From Nitrospirota bacterium (lineage in GTDB: Bacteria > Nitrospirota > UBA9217), in assembly GCA_029858565.1 (NCBI GenBank), contig JAOUEV010000048.1, positions 1 through 26,300 on the forward strand: 26,300 nt of DNA, written 5' to 3'. This document shows positions 16,501 through 24,139 of the stretch, piece after piece. The translations under genes were made by a program, and so were the position numbers. The notes under the pieces were generated by a model. The model had not been told where the DNA came from. It was given only the letters and a program-made list of their open reading frames with translations, and ran no database searches. The stretch's first letter is position 1; every line of letters begins with the position of its first letter.

Positions 16501-18186
16501 CCCCCATGCCCAGACCGTTTCGTCCGCTTGGATCATACCGCCGATTGCGACCGAGTGATAGTATCCTGCCGCGATCGTCGCAAACCCTAGACCTTTCAAC
16601 AAGACTGGGGTTGAACTATCATTGAGTGTACTGTCACCTAATTGGCCGCTGTCGTTACTCCCCCATGTGTAGACCCCACCGTTATTCCTGGAGATTGTAT
16701 GATTATAGCCTGCCGCGATCTGCCACGCGGTTAAATCATATCCATCAACCATTACCCGGACGGGGACTGCGCTGTCATTAGAAATAAAGCCGGCACCTAA
16801 CTGTCCATGAGAGTTTCTCCCCCACGCCCAGACCGTTTCGTCCGCCTTAATCGCGACCGTGTGATAACCACCTGCCGCAATCGCTGCAACTTGTGTAAAA
16901 TTGAAAACCGGTTCAGGAATGGGTTTAATAGGTTCATTAAGTCCGTCGCAAAAATCATGCCCCAATTGGCAGGAATCATTTGCCCCCCATGTCCAAGCCG
17001 TGCCATCCCCCCTGAGAGCGACCGAGTGATAGTATCCTGCCGCGATCGCCGTTATACCCGAAATATCGACAACCCGCCTAGGCCCTTGCGTAAAAAGCGG
17101 CAGGCCGTAACCCAGCTGGCCGGAGCCGTTACTCCCCCATGTCCAGACTGTGCCGTCTGTTTTGACAGCGACCGTGTAACCGCTACCTGCCGCAATCGCC
17201 GTCATATCCGAAAGATCGTTCACCTGCACGGGGGTGAACTTATTATCCTGAGTCCCGTCACCCAACTGGCCATAAGCGTTATCCCCCCAGGCCCAGACCG
17301 TACAGTCTGTCTTGACCGCGACCGTGTGACTGCTTCCTGCCGCGATCGTAGAAACATTTTCCAGCCCGGCAGAGACAGGGGATGAACTGTCCGTGGTCGT
17401 CCCATCACCAAGCTGACCGTAATTATTTCGTCCGCTGGTCTTTATGGTTCCATCGGCCATCAGAAAGACCGTATGATATGTGCCGGCTGCCGCCGCTGTT
17501 GCATTACCGATATTGACCACCTGCGTCGGGATAGAACGCCCGAACGCATCTGCGATACCGAGCTCCCCGTATACATTGGAGCCCCAGGCCCAAGCAGTTC
17601 CATCCGTCTTGATAGCAACAGAATGAGAGCCATTTGCAGCGATAGAAATTACGTTGCCGAGAAACAGGACCTGCACAGGTGTTAAACTGTCTGTCGTGCT
17701 ATTGTTGCCAAGCTGTCCTATATAATTATTACCCCACGCCCACACTGTCCCATCTGTTTTGAGAGCAAGCGAATGCATGTCGCCTGCAGCAACCGCTGCC
17801 ACACTGGTCAAACCGCTCACCTGAACTGGCGTGGAACTGCTTGTGGTCTCGCCATCACCCAGCTGACCGCTGTTATTATTACCCCATGCCCAGACCGTAC
17901 CATCCGATTTGACCACAACGGTGTGATCACCGCCTGCCGCTATCGCCGATGCAGTAAGACCGCTCACAAGTACTGGCGAATCCTTGTCAATGTTAGACCC
18001 GTCCCCGAGCTGCCCAACGTCATTGCGTCCCCATGTCCAGACGGTGCCGTCCGTCTTGAGCGCGACAGTATGACTATCGCCTGCCACGACTTGCTGTACA
18101 TCCGTGATGGACACAGCATGCGCGCTTCCGGCTCCAACGGCCATGATGGAAATGAACGCTGCGATGGAAATGAGACGCCTGATCAT
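10570..18186 (-). CDS. Giant secreted surface protein (2538 aa): signal peptide, two RCC1 propellers, Ig/cadherin-like, ASH/choice-of-anchor D-like, carboxypeptidase-regulatory-like, FG-GAP/VCBS propeller, InlB-B-like repeats, multiple Ig-like domains, C-terminal dockerin-like domain
   Basis: About 14 repeats of AG..HTVA.K.DGTVWAWG.N..GQLG; GDFNGDG..DLAVAN repeats; ATDLAGN Ig repeats; terminal GDLDADGTVSVGDALKILR...ADVAP...PDGRIDISDVLVILR; GGGAGG SD. Confidence 0.9.
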   Translation of the reverse strand: MIRRLISIAAFISIMAVGAGSAHAVSITDVQQVVAGDSHTVALKTDGTVWTWGRNDVGQLGDGSNIDKDSPVLVSGLTASAIAAGGDHTVVVKSDGTVWAWGNNNSGQLGDGETTSSSTPVQVSGLTSVAAVAAGDMHSLALKTDGTVWAWGNNYIGQLGNNSTTDSLTPVQVLFLGNVISIAANGSHSVAIKTDGTAWAWGSNVYGELGIADAFGRSIPTQVVNIGNATAAAAGTYHTVFLMADGTIKTSGRNNYGQLGDGTTTDSSSPVSAGLENVSTIAAGSSHTVAVKTDCTVWAWGDNAYGQLGDGTQDNKFTPVQVNDLSDMTAIAAGSGYTVAVKTDGTVWTWGSNGSGQLGYGLPLFTQGPRRVVDISGITAIAAGYYHSVALRGDGTAWTWGANDSCQLGHDFCDGLNEPIKPIPEPVFNFTQVAAIAAGGYHTVAIKADETVWAWGRNSHGQLGAGFISNDSAVPVRVMVDGYDLTAWQIAAGYNHTISRNNGGVYTWGSNDSGQLGDSTLNDSSTPVLLKGLGFATIAAGYYHSVAIGGMIQADETVWAWGSNGVGQLGDGSNIGKTTPVQVTGLTGTVVAVAAGAEHTVAVKSDGTVWAWGGNYYGQLGDGGTINSSRPVQVSGLNNVVAIAAGGYHTVALKVDGTVWAWGRNYYGQLGDGTLVDRFTPVQVNDLSDVTAIAGGFDHTVARKTDGTVWAWGRNDFGQLGLVREPFPRRVNREPVPSVAPIQMRYNTSATTQVIPNDPDPLDTVFSYAILAPPLHGTASVDENGLVTYTPLNYCGRDGLWITVTDADGGTGYAYIFIEIGACMDINVIPNSANFDDVGVGNSISMERVVSNIGGVDLHISAIAVIGPNAGEFGTLPSSTNPCPNAPFTLTPGTNCNILATFAPTSAGAKNATLRITSDDPDTPDFDIPLSGTGVFGAISGTVTSQATGSAISSCSVQVLDGNGSVIGSTTTDGAGSYTVGDLTARSDYSVAVFGDPMYANQLVSGVTVTPPATTTVDIVMVPAGSNEPLGAGSFSAAVPYAAGSGPSSVAVGSLDADGSWDLVAANYNSSDFSLLFSNGTGTFLPPSSYAASTNPRSVATGDFDGDGELDIAAANSGTNTVTVRFNNNGDFTSNKNLNAGSGSARASSVASGNFNGDGYADIAVTDSGNNRVAVFLSNGDTTFQTVNTYNVGAAPLAVTSNDFNGDGKADLAVANSGSDNVSILFGNGNGDGTFPGGPIVSVGTTPYAVATGDFNGDGYADLVVANFDSDDVSVLLNNNGAVPGMFHSAVSYPTGTEPYSVVTGDFNGDGTIDLAVANSFSNTVSVLTGNGDGTFQTAVNYPVGTGPRSVAAGDLNNDGKVDLAVANFNSNNVSILLNSMHRITTSAGPNGFLECAPTMVNDGGSASCSVTPYPGYLIDTVEGCGGSLAGNTYTITNLTTDCGVSASFVQITHQLSVSITGIGSVTSSPAGIDCGGDCSEVYAQGTVVTLTPLPGDVSMAFSGWTGDPDCSDGVVTMDGTTSCTATFTLKSFNVSGITGGNGTISCTSTVNYGESPGCSIVPDSGYHLASLIDNSISVIGLVSNGTYTISNITENHTVEASFAINTYTITASAGSGGGVTPSGSVLVNHGADQAFTITPDTGYHVADVLVDGSSIGVVSAYTFTTVTTDHTISASFAQDDTTPPTLVVSTLSDGATTNNQTLNINGTVTDSGGIQSLVVSGTTVTVQGDNSFSHVVTLVTGSNTITSVATDLAGNTTTDSRTITLDQAAPGLVITMPADNSITNQLVSTITGTVDENASVSVVLNSDSPQLASMAGNSFTATVNLVSGINTIDVTATDLAGNTSTAKRTVTFDNISPSLAITSPGQDTSTNQAAIIVGGTMDDSSGVTVVVTCPTASVKAVSYPTATTWQVDITNLSVGQNTVTATATDQADNAATAVRNIIYDTIAPAVTISPVSSPTNATGQTASGTMEEGATVSVECSTATVAPVSYPTATSWTVEITGLSEGTNSITATAADLAGNSATASAEIVLDTAAPDTTITSSPAVLSNTVSALFNFSADETGSTFVCSIDSGSFINCSSPATYSILAEGGHTFQVKATDQAGNTDNTPATYAWSIDTIAPTATITGAPGSDTNQTSATLTVGGTDVTAYQYKLDSGSYSAEIPVATAIALTGLSDGSHAVSVIGKDSAGNWQSQAASTTATWTVDTAAPGLSLSTLSDGATTNNQTLNIFGTVTDSSGVESLVISGQTVTVQGDSSFSHVVTLVTGNNTIISVATDLAGNTTTDSRTIILDQAAPGLVITMPADNSITNQLVSTITGTVDENASVSVVLNSDSPQLASMAGNSFTVTVNLVSGINTIDITATDLAGNTNTLKRTVTYDSIAPGLAVTMPDQDRIVTSATVTISGTVTDSLTTAMVVITDGTSTYTPAIASGSFTQEVTFPAEGIYAITVTATDEAGNSSTVVRNIIYARLGDLDADGTVSVGDALKILRVVAGLDTATVVEMLRADVAPLVNGQPSPDGRIDISDVLVILRKAVGLW
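11075..11541. repeat. Intragenic duplication of a two-Ig unit; partner at about 12650..13116 (offset 1575 nt)
   Basis: Long identical runs such as ATCGATGGTGTTGATGCCGGAAACAAGGTTCACCGTG at 11110 and 12685; the protein repeats STLSDGATTNNQTLNI...ATDLAGNT. Confidence 0.9.
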
Positions 18187-18533
18187 TCTGCCCTCCCTGG
18201 CAACATTGGGTCTGGTGAAGTATGGATAATTGTTCTTTTCACTGTGGTAACCAGTGATCTTTTACTTTTCGTTCAGGCCGGCGGCAATCCTGTCGGACCT
18301 GCCAGTATCTCCTCTCTGCCAGCCCGCTAGACGCATAACCACCCATTTTATAACAACGACAAAAGGCCGACAGCTATGCAGATTCATGCCTTCCCCCAAC
18401 CTTTTCTCCCGGAAAACTGCGCTTCAGACAAATCGTCCAGATATTATCGAACAAGCGCCATCGACAACTGGCGCTGTTTCTATCAATATAGTCATTCAAG
18501 AGTTTTTTGAATGTATCCCTTTTTATTCCTCGA

Positions 18534-18722
18534 TCATGCTCCGCGTTTTTTCCGCTTATTGGACTTCTCAGCATCGCGATCTTTCGATCGAAGAACTTCC
18601 CAGAGCTCGGTATAGGTGCCGAAGGGCTTTTGCTCCCCTGCTTCGACAGATTCGATGATACCGTTCATTTTCCGGGGATCATCGTTGTCACGGCGATAGA
18701 TCCGAATGATGTAGTTTTCCAC
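18534..18722 (-). CDS. Small 62-aa hypothetical protein
   Basis: GTG 18722 with GGGGAG SD; MENYIIRIYRRDNDDPRKMNGIIESVEAGEQKPFGTYTELWEVL plus a basic tail. From memory it resembles small proteins found beside BTAD regulators (unverified). Confidence 0.7.
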   Translation of the reverse strand: MENYIIRIYRRDNDDPRKMNGIIESVEAGEQKPFGTYTELWEVLRSKDRDAEKSNKRKKRGA

Positions 18723-18799
18723 AATAGCTCCCCGGCAAAACCGCATGGCCCGTGCCGGACGGGTCTCTGCCTTCTGCGGGAGAGCCTACAGCATGAGCG

Positions 18800-18816
18800 G
18801 ATACAGGAGAGATACA
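18800..18816 (-). promoter_or_regulatory. Candidate regulator binding site TGTATC-N5-TGTATC (11-bp period)
   Basis: GATACA at 18800-18805 and 18811-18816, about 80 nt upstream of the 62-aa gene. 11-bp-period direct repeats are typical of SARP/OmpR-type winged-helix sites. Confidence 0.45.
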
Positions 18817-18956
18817 AATAGAAATTTTTATTGAGGATGTTGCAGATTAATTAAATATTATGAAGAATCAAGTGGATACGGACATGGGCAGGAAGGGATA
18901 AGTCGGATACATTCTGCAGTAAAGGGTGAAGGAACGGCATTTTACAGCTTTTACTT

Positions 18957-20222
18957 CTAGAAATCCCGGCCAAAGCTCAGGCCAAGGTACTGGCAGGTAT
19001 TATCATATTCGCCGCTGTTCATGCTGTTCTGTACTGACCGCTTTTCGTACAGCCCGTAATTGTAGAACAGGTCCGTGCGGAATTCATCGCTCCGGTACCC
19101 GGCGCCGACGCTGAAATTATGCTGGTCCGCGTCGGGGTTGCCCGGCTCGAGCGTATGGTCGGGAACGGAGGTCTTGATAAAAGCATAGCCCGTGCGCAGC
19201 GACACTTTATCGCTCAGCTGATAGGCCAGCCCAATCTTGTACTGCAGGGAGTCCTTCCAGTCCAGGGGCGTGGAACCGTCCACGAGGCCCGCTGCGGGCA
19301 CTTCCTGCAATATGTCCATGTCCATGCGCGCGAAGGTAGACCAGCGAACGAGCTCGACGTCAAGATCGACGACAACCTGCGGAACGGGCAGATAGGCCAT
19401 GCCAACGCTCCAGATGTCGGGAAAGACGCTCCTGGTCCGGACAGCGGTGGCGTAGCTTGCCGAGCCGAACAGGGGCTGCAGCGGCGGCGCAATGTTCTCG
19501 ATGGTCATGTCCCCTTGGTAGTCGATCGGGATACGGCTCCGGTAGGCAAAACCGACGCGGAGATCGTCGCGAAGCGCAATGAGCGCGCCGAGGTTATATC
19601 CCCAGCCGTCACCGTCTGCTTCCAGCGTCGACCGGCCGTCGGGAGCGCCGAGGCTGGATTGATCGATCATGCGCTCCATCGTGACCGCTGCCCGCATGTA
19701 ATCGATGCCTGCCGCAACCGATACCGACGGCGTCATCCGCCAGGCGAGCGTCGGATTCACTGAAAAGGTCCCGATGCTGCTCTCGGTGGAGAGATACCTT
19801 GTCTGTCCGGTCCTGCTCCAGGTCCTGCCGCCGATCCCGAAAGGGGAGTACAGTCCCACGCCGAAGACGATGTCCGGATTCCCGCTGTCAGAGACAAGGT
19901 AGAGATGGCCGGGAAAAAAGACACGGGATTCGGTCGTTTCGCTCCCCCCGGACGGACTGGTGTAGGTCGTGGACGGCGCCAGGGCCGTGATCCCGCCATA
20001 CACGCTCGTTCCGCGCATCTGGGTGAGGCCGCCGGGATTGAACAGGATCGCGGAAGGATCGTCCGCAACAGCCACGAAGGCCGTGCCCATGCCCGCGGCA
20101 CCTGCGCCATGGACCGGTCCGCCTGCAACTGCTGCTCCTGGGAACAGCGCAAGGCAGAGCGCGGCGATCAAGAAGATTCGACGGATTCCGGCTCGCTTTA
20201 ACCATTCACTATACTTACCCAC
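18957..20222 (-). CDS. OmpP1/FadL-family outer-membrane beta-barrel
   Basis: Signal peptide; hatch motif GMGTAFVAVADDPSAILFNPGGL; GWGYNLGAL and LRTGY strands; terminal Phe; GTG start overlaps the regulator stop by 8 nt. Confidence 0.9.
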   Translation of the reverse strand: MGKYSEWLKRAGIRRIFLIAALCLALFPGAAVAGGPVHGAGAAGMGTAFVAVADDPSAILFNPGGLTQMRGTSVYGGITALAPSTTYTSPSGGSETTESRVFFPGHLYLVSDSGNPDIVFGVGLYSPFGIGGRTWSRTGQTRYLSTESSIGTFSVNPTLAWRMTPSVSVAAGIDYMRAAVTMERMIDQSSLGAPDGRSTLEADGDGWGYNLGALIALRDDLRVGFAYRSRIPIDYQGDMTIENIAPPLQPLFGSASYATAVRTRSVFPDIWSVGMAYLPVPQVVVDLDVELVRWSTFARMDMDILQEVPAAGLVDGSTPLDWKDSLQYKIGLAYQLSDKVSLRTGYAFIKTSVPDHTLEPGNPDADQHNFSVGAGYRSDEFRTDLFYNYGLYEKRSVQNSMNSGEYDNTCQYLGLSFGRDF

Positions 20223-23200
20223 CGGATGTTACCTCCCTGAAAATCGCCTTTGTGTCCGCCGAAGGTTCGAGCGCAAGCTTTGCCCGGAGAACTGATTCGC
20301 ACCGCTGGTAGGTCCGCGCGGCATCCGCTTGTCTGCCGATACGGCCATAGCAACTTATGAGCCGCTGATAGAACAGCTCTTCCAGATCGTCGATGTCAAG
20401 GCCCCGGAGATAGCAGCCAATGGCCCCATCCCAGTCCTGTTCCGCTTCCCGCGATTCGGCCATGAAGCGCACGGCCCGCAGGTATCTGCTCCGAAGCCGC
20501 TCGCGCGGCGAGATCGTCCAGGGCTCTTCCCGGTCCTGGTCAAGGAAATGGCCCTGATACAGGGAAAGCGCTTTTTCCACCATGGCGCGGGCCTCCTTCT
20601 GTGTCACGGCCGCGTCGCTGCCGACAAGCGAATCACGGGGAAGGAAATCGACTCCCGCCTCGTCCAGCATCTGCTCGAACGCCCAGGCATCGCACCAGAA
20701 GTATCGCGGATCAAGGGTGATTTTCCCTTCCTGGAACCTGACTGCCTCATCGCTCCCGATCATGTGCCTGAGCCGGTGGAGCAGACTTTTGAGGGCAAGA
20801 TGCGCCGCGTCGCCCTCGGCATCAGGCCAGAGCGCATCGGACAGCTTCTCCTTTGCCACGTCCTCTCCTCCCAGTGCAATCAGCATCTTCAGAAGATCGA
20901 GCGGCCGCTTCTGGACCTTGCCGGAAAAAACCACCGGTTTTCCGTCCACGAACAGGGCAAACCCTCCGAACACGCGGACCTTCACTTTCCACGGCCAGGC
21001 TTCGCCAGCCAATACCGGTTTCGGCGGGAGAATGGCGCGGTCGAGGATCAGCTGCCGGACAAAGTCTGTTTCGATCCCTGCCTCAAAGGCCTTTGCGCAG
21101 AGCTGTGACATCATATTTTGACGCCATAATCCGCAAGTATTAAAGCCTCGCTGTTTCGCGAGCTCGAACGCCGCGGCCAGGTGGCGGGCGCCCTCGCTGT
21201 CATCCGCCCTGGCATAGGCACGATAGGCTTCGAAGAGCCTGCAGTCGCATTCATAAAAACTATTACTGTATATGCGTATCATGGCGCGCGTCTTATCAAG
21301 GTACTCCTGCGCTTTCTCGGCATTGCCGAGTTCATGATGAATGTGAGCTGCGGTGAGATAAATACTGAAAAGAGACGGTGTTCGGTAAAGGTTCTGCATC
21401 AGACTTTCGGATCGGTTGATATGATCCAGACCGAGATCGAGTTCGCTCCGTTCGAGGGCATCGTAGGCCGCGAGAAAATAATATAACGACTGGTCCCAGG
21501 CCGGTCTCGTTCCGATCATGGCTTCCATGGCGTTCAGGGCGGAACGGGAGGCGGAATAATCATGGGAACTCGTGTGCACCCATGCCCGGTACCCGAGGAA
21601 AATGAAGTCGAAGATGTGTACGCCTGAGCGGTCTGCGTGATCAAGACCCTCGGCCACAAGCGCCAGACAGCGCTTTGCATCATGCCGCATGAGGTTGGTG
21701 TACATGACTTTGCACATGTAGAAACATGTAATTGCAAAGTCGTTCGCGCTCTTCCGGCCCGCGAGCCCCTCGAGTTCGGACAAATACTGCATCGCTCCGA
21801 TGACGTCTCCCCGCAGCATCTGGCGGAACGATGCGTGAAAGACCGTATTACAGCGCAGATTAATGTCAGACGACAAACTTGTCGCCGCCAGGGCGCGGGA
21901 CATCCAGTGGTCGAAATCCGGGGAGTCCGGCCGCCACATGCACAAGGACCGGAACATGCTCCCTGAGACGCGCGCTTCAATCTCGCTCGGCGGGATCGCT
22001 CCGAAACGAGTCTCCAGGAGAGGCAGTTCATCGATCAGGTCATCCAGCTTGCGCAGGTCATCGAAACCGTACAGGACCGCTTCGGTCATCCCGGCCCAGG
22101 CAAGAAACATCCCTGCTGGATCATTGGCCCGGGAAAATCCTTCCGCTGCCTTCTCAAGCAGCCTGACGCTCTCGGCCGGCGCGAACGCGAACTGACAGGT
22201 GCTGCTCCAGAACAGCAGCCAGGGATTCGACTCGACAACTGCCTGGGGCAAGAGGGCAAGCCAGTGCGCAAGCGTGGTCTGGCGGCCTTGCTGCAGGAGT
22301 GTTTGCGCATGGGCCGTCGCCAGTCCGGACAGCGCCTGCCAGTCCTCTGCTTCCGCATACAGTTCAGCGGCTTGTTCCGGCTGGCCGGCATCGGAAAGAA
22401 GCGTCGCTGCAATATCGCGCAAGTCCCGCAACGCCTGTGGCGGGAGCGTTTCTTTGAGCTTTTCCAGAAGAAAGGCCCGGAACAGGGGATGGTACTGGTA
22501 CATCCGCATGGGCCCCAGCGTTTCCACGGTGAAAAAATTGTTGCGCACGAGACTTCTCAGAATACTGCGAGCTTTCTCGTTGCCGGTCATTTTCTCGGCA
22601 TCGGTCCCCGTAAAATCCTTCAGGATCGAGGTCTTGAGCATCAACTCCTGCTCAACGCCTTTTGCCTTCCGAAACACTTCGTTCGCGAAATAACCGAACG
22701 CGCCGTCCGGCACGACCCGCTCCGAGCCGCCTGCCCCCGATGTTGTCAGGAGCACGATTCCGGCGATCCAGCCCTGCGAGCTTTCCATAAGCGCCACGGA
22801 CCGCTTGCGGTCCATGTGCTTCGATGCCAGGTACGCGCCTGTTTCCGCGTTCGTGAACCGGAGATCATCCCACCCCAGCCGCGCCATCCGTCCGTTGGCC
22901 TGAAGCCGGGCAAATGCCTCCGGAGGCTCGGTGCGGCTCAGCACGATCACCCCGATCCCCGGCGGCAGGTTCGAAAGGCCGGTGCAGATCACCTCGTGAA
23001 AACCGGCTCTCGGCAGGGGCCCTGCCCCGGCGCCCGCATCCTGATAGTTGTCCAGCACCAGAACAGACGGCGTCTTCATCCGCATACAGAGTTCCTCAAA
23101 GAATGTTCGGGTGAAGGCAGGAACGCCCATCAGATACTCCGGCGTGAGCTTCGGCATTGGTTTCCGCTTGCGGGGACTGACTTTCTGCGCGGCAAGCCCG

Positions 23201-23457
23201 AGATAATGGAAGAAGGTTGACGGATCGGCATCTGACTCATCTACTTGATACCAGAGGCAGGAACGTTCGCGGTGTTCGATATAACTGCTGATCAGCGTGG
23301 TCTTGCCGGACCCGGCAGGAGCGGATACCCAGACGAGCGGCCGCTTCTGCTCCTTGTCGAGCAGGTCGAACAGCCGCTTACGGAGAAGAGCGCCGGACGC
23401 AGAAGGACGGCGTATCTTTGTCGAACCACCCGGATGGTAAGAGGAATCCCTTGACAT
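20215..23457 (-). CDS. MalT-like STAND ATPase transcriptional regulator with C-terminal winged-helix and BTAD domains
   Basis: TKIRRP...R.RL, Walker A APAGSGKTT, Walker B LVLDNYQ, GWIAG, YQYHPLF, TPR-like middle, then VRVFGGFAL...LWPD...LHRLR...CDAWAF...LYQGHFL...L.IDDLEE.FYQRL...LEPS. Start ATG 23457 preferred; the ORF is open to 23496. Confidence 0.9.
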   Translation of the reverse strand: MSRDSSYHPGGSTKIRRPSASGALLRKRLFDLLDKEQKRPLVWVSAPAGSGKTTLISSYIEHRERSCLWYQVDESDADPSTFFHYLGLAAQKVSPRKRKPMPKLTPEYLMGVPAFTRTFFEELCMRMKTPSVLVLDNYQDAGAGAGPLPRAGFHEVICTGLSNLPPGIGVIVLSRTEPPEAFARLQANGRMARLGWDDLRFTNAETGAYLASKHMDRKRSVALMESSQGWIAGIVLLTTSGAGGSERVVPDGAFGYFANEVFRKAKGVEQELMLKTSILKDFTGTDAEKMTGNEKARSILRSLVRNNFFTVETLGPMRMYQYHPLFRAFLLEKLKETLPPQALRDLRDIAATLLSDAGQPEQAAELYAEAEDWQALSGLATAHAQTLLQQGRQTTLAHWLALLPQAVVESNPWLLFWSSTCQFAFAPAESVRLLEKAAEGFSRANDPAGMFLAWAGMTEAVLYGFDDLRKLDDLIDELPLLETRFGAIPPSEIEARVSGSMFRSLCMWRPDSPDFDHWMSRALAATSLSSDINLRCNTVFHASFRQMLRGDVIGAMQYLSELEGLAGRKSANDFAITCFYMCKVMYTNLMRHDAKRCLALVAEGLDHADRSGVHIFDFIFLGYRAWVHTSSHDYSASRSALNAMEAMIGTRPAWDQSLYYFLAAYDALERSELDLGLDHINRSESLMQNLYRTPSLFSIYLTAAHIHHELGNAEKAQEYLDKTRAMIRIYSNSFYECDCRLFEAYRAYARADDSEGARHLAAAFELAKQRGFNTCGLWRQNMMSQLCAKAFEAGIETDFVRQLILDRAILPPKPVLAGEAWPWKVKVRVFGGFALFVDGKPVVFSGKVQKRPLDLLKMLIALGGEDVAKEKLSDALWPDAEGDAAHLALKSLLHRLRHMIGSDEAVRFQEGKITLDPRYFWCDAWAFEQMLDEAGVDFLPRDSLVGSDAAVTQKEARAMVEKALSLYQGHFLDQDREEPWTISPRERLRSRYLRAVRFMAESREAEQDWDGAIGCYLRGLDIDDLEELFYQRLISCYGRIGRQADAARTYQRCESVLRAKLALEPSADTKAIFREVTSGG

Positions 23458-24139
23458 GGATCGGCAGCCGCTCCTGGACGAAATACTTGTCAGCAAATCT
23501 TTTGTCGCTTATAGCACGTATTGATGGAGCAATGGAGCACCTGGTCTTTCCGCCCTCCTCAGGAACCTGGGGCTCTGATGGAGAGGAGATAATTTCCTTA
23601 AGCATTAAAAAAACCTGCGCTTCGCTACGGATGAACCGCATCGATGCCTGCCATTCGTCGGCCCTGCCGGCACACCCTTTTACTCCACAGAGGTACATCA
23701 GCCTTTATTCTTACAATAAAAAGACCGCGAGCGGCATGGTAATCAACCCATGCCTTTCTGCCTGACCTCTCCTGAAAGAACCTTCCTCCGAGCACGTCCG
23801 TCCGCACTTCCTAAGGTCTCTTAATACCTGAGATATGCTATGAAAAAATAAACAGATTTCTGAAAATTAGGAACTTTGTCGAAAAACATTCATACTCTAC
23901 CAAAAAGCTGGCACTTGTTCAAACGGAAATAAAACTTTATTCCTATACGGAATATAGATAGTACAAAGTTGGTTCCGATGTCAAGCAACTTAATATTTAG
24001 GAACTAACAAACAACAAGTTAACTAGCAAGCGTGAAATAAATTGGGGAGTTAAAAAGGGAGGAGATGATATCGATTTATTCCAAACAGGTGTGCATGATC
24101 GGATTTATTACCACAGGATACGGCTATAGAAGAAAATGC

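Noticed and set aside
18187-18533. c-di-GMP (GEMM) or other riboswitch ahead of the giant gene
   Set aside because: No recognisable consensus by eye, only a short TCACTG...CAGTGA hairpin. An Rfam scan would settle it.
23378-23807. Small ORFs upstream of the regulator, including a faint LFIVRI similarity to the 62-aa protein
   Set aside because: Similarity is limited to a few residues, and the ORFs overlap each other and the regulator start.
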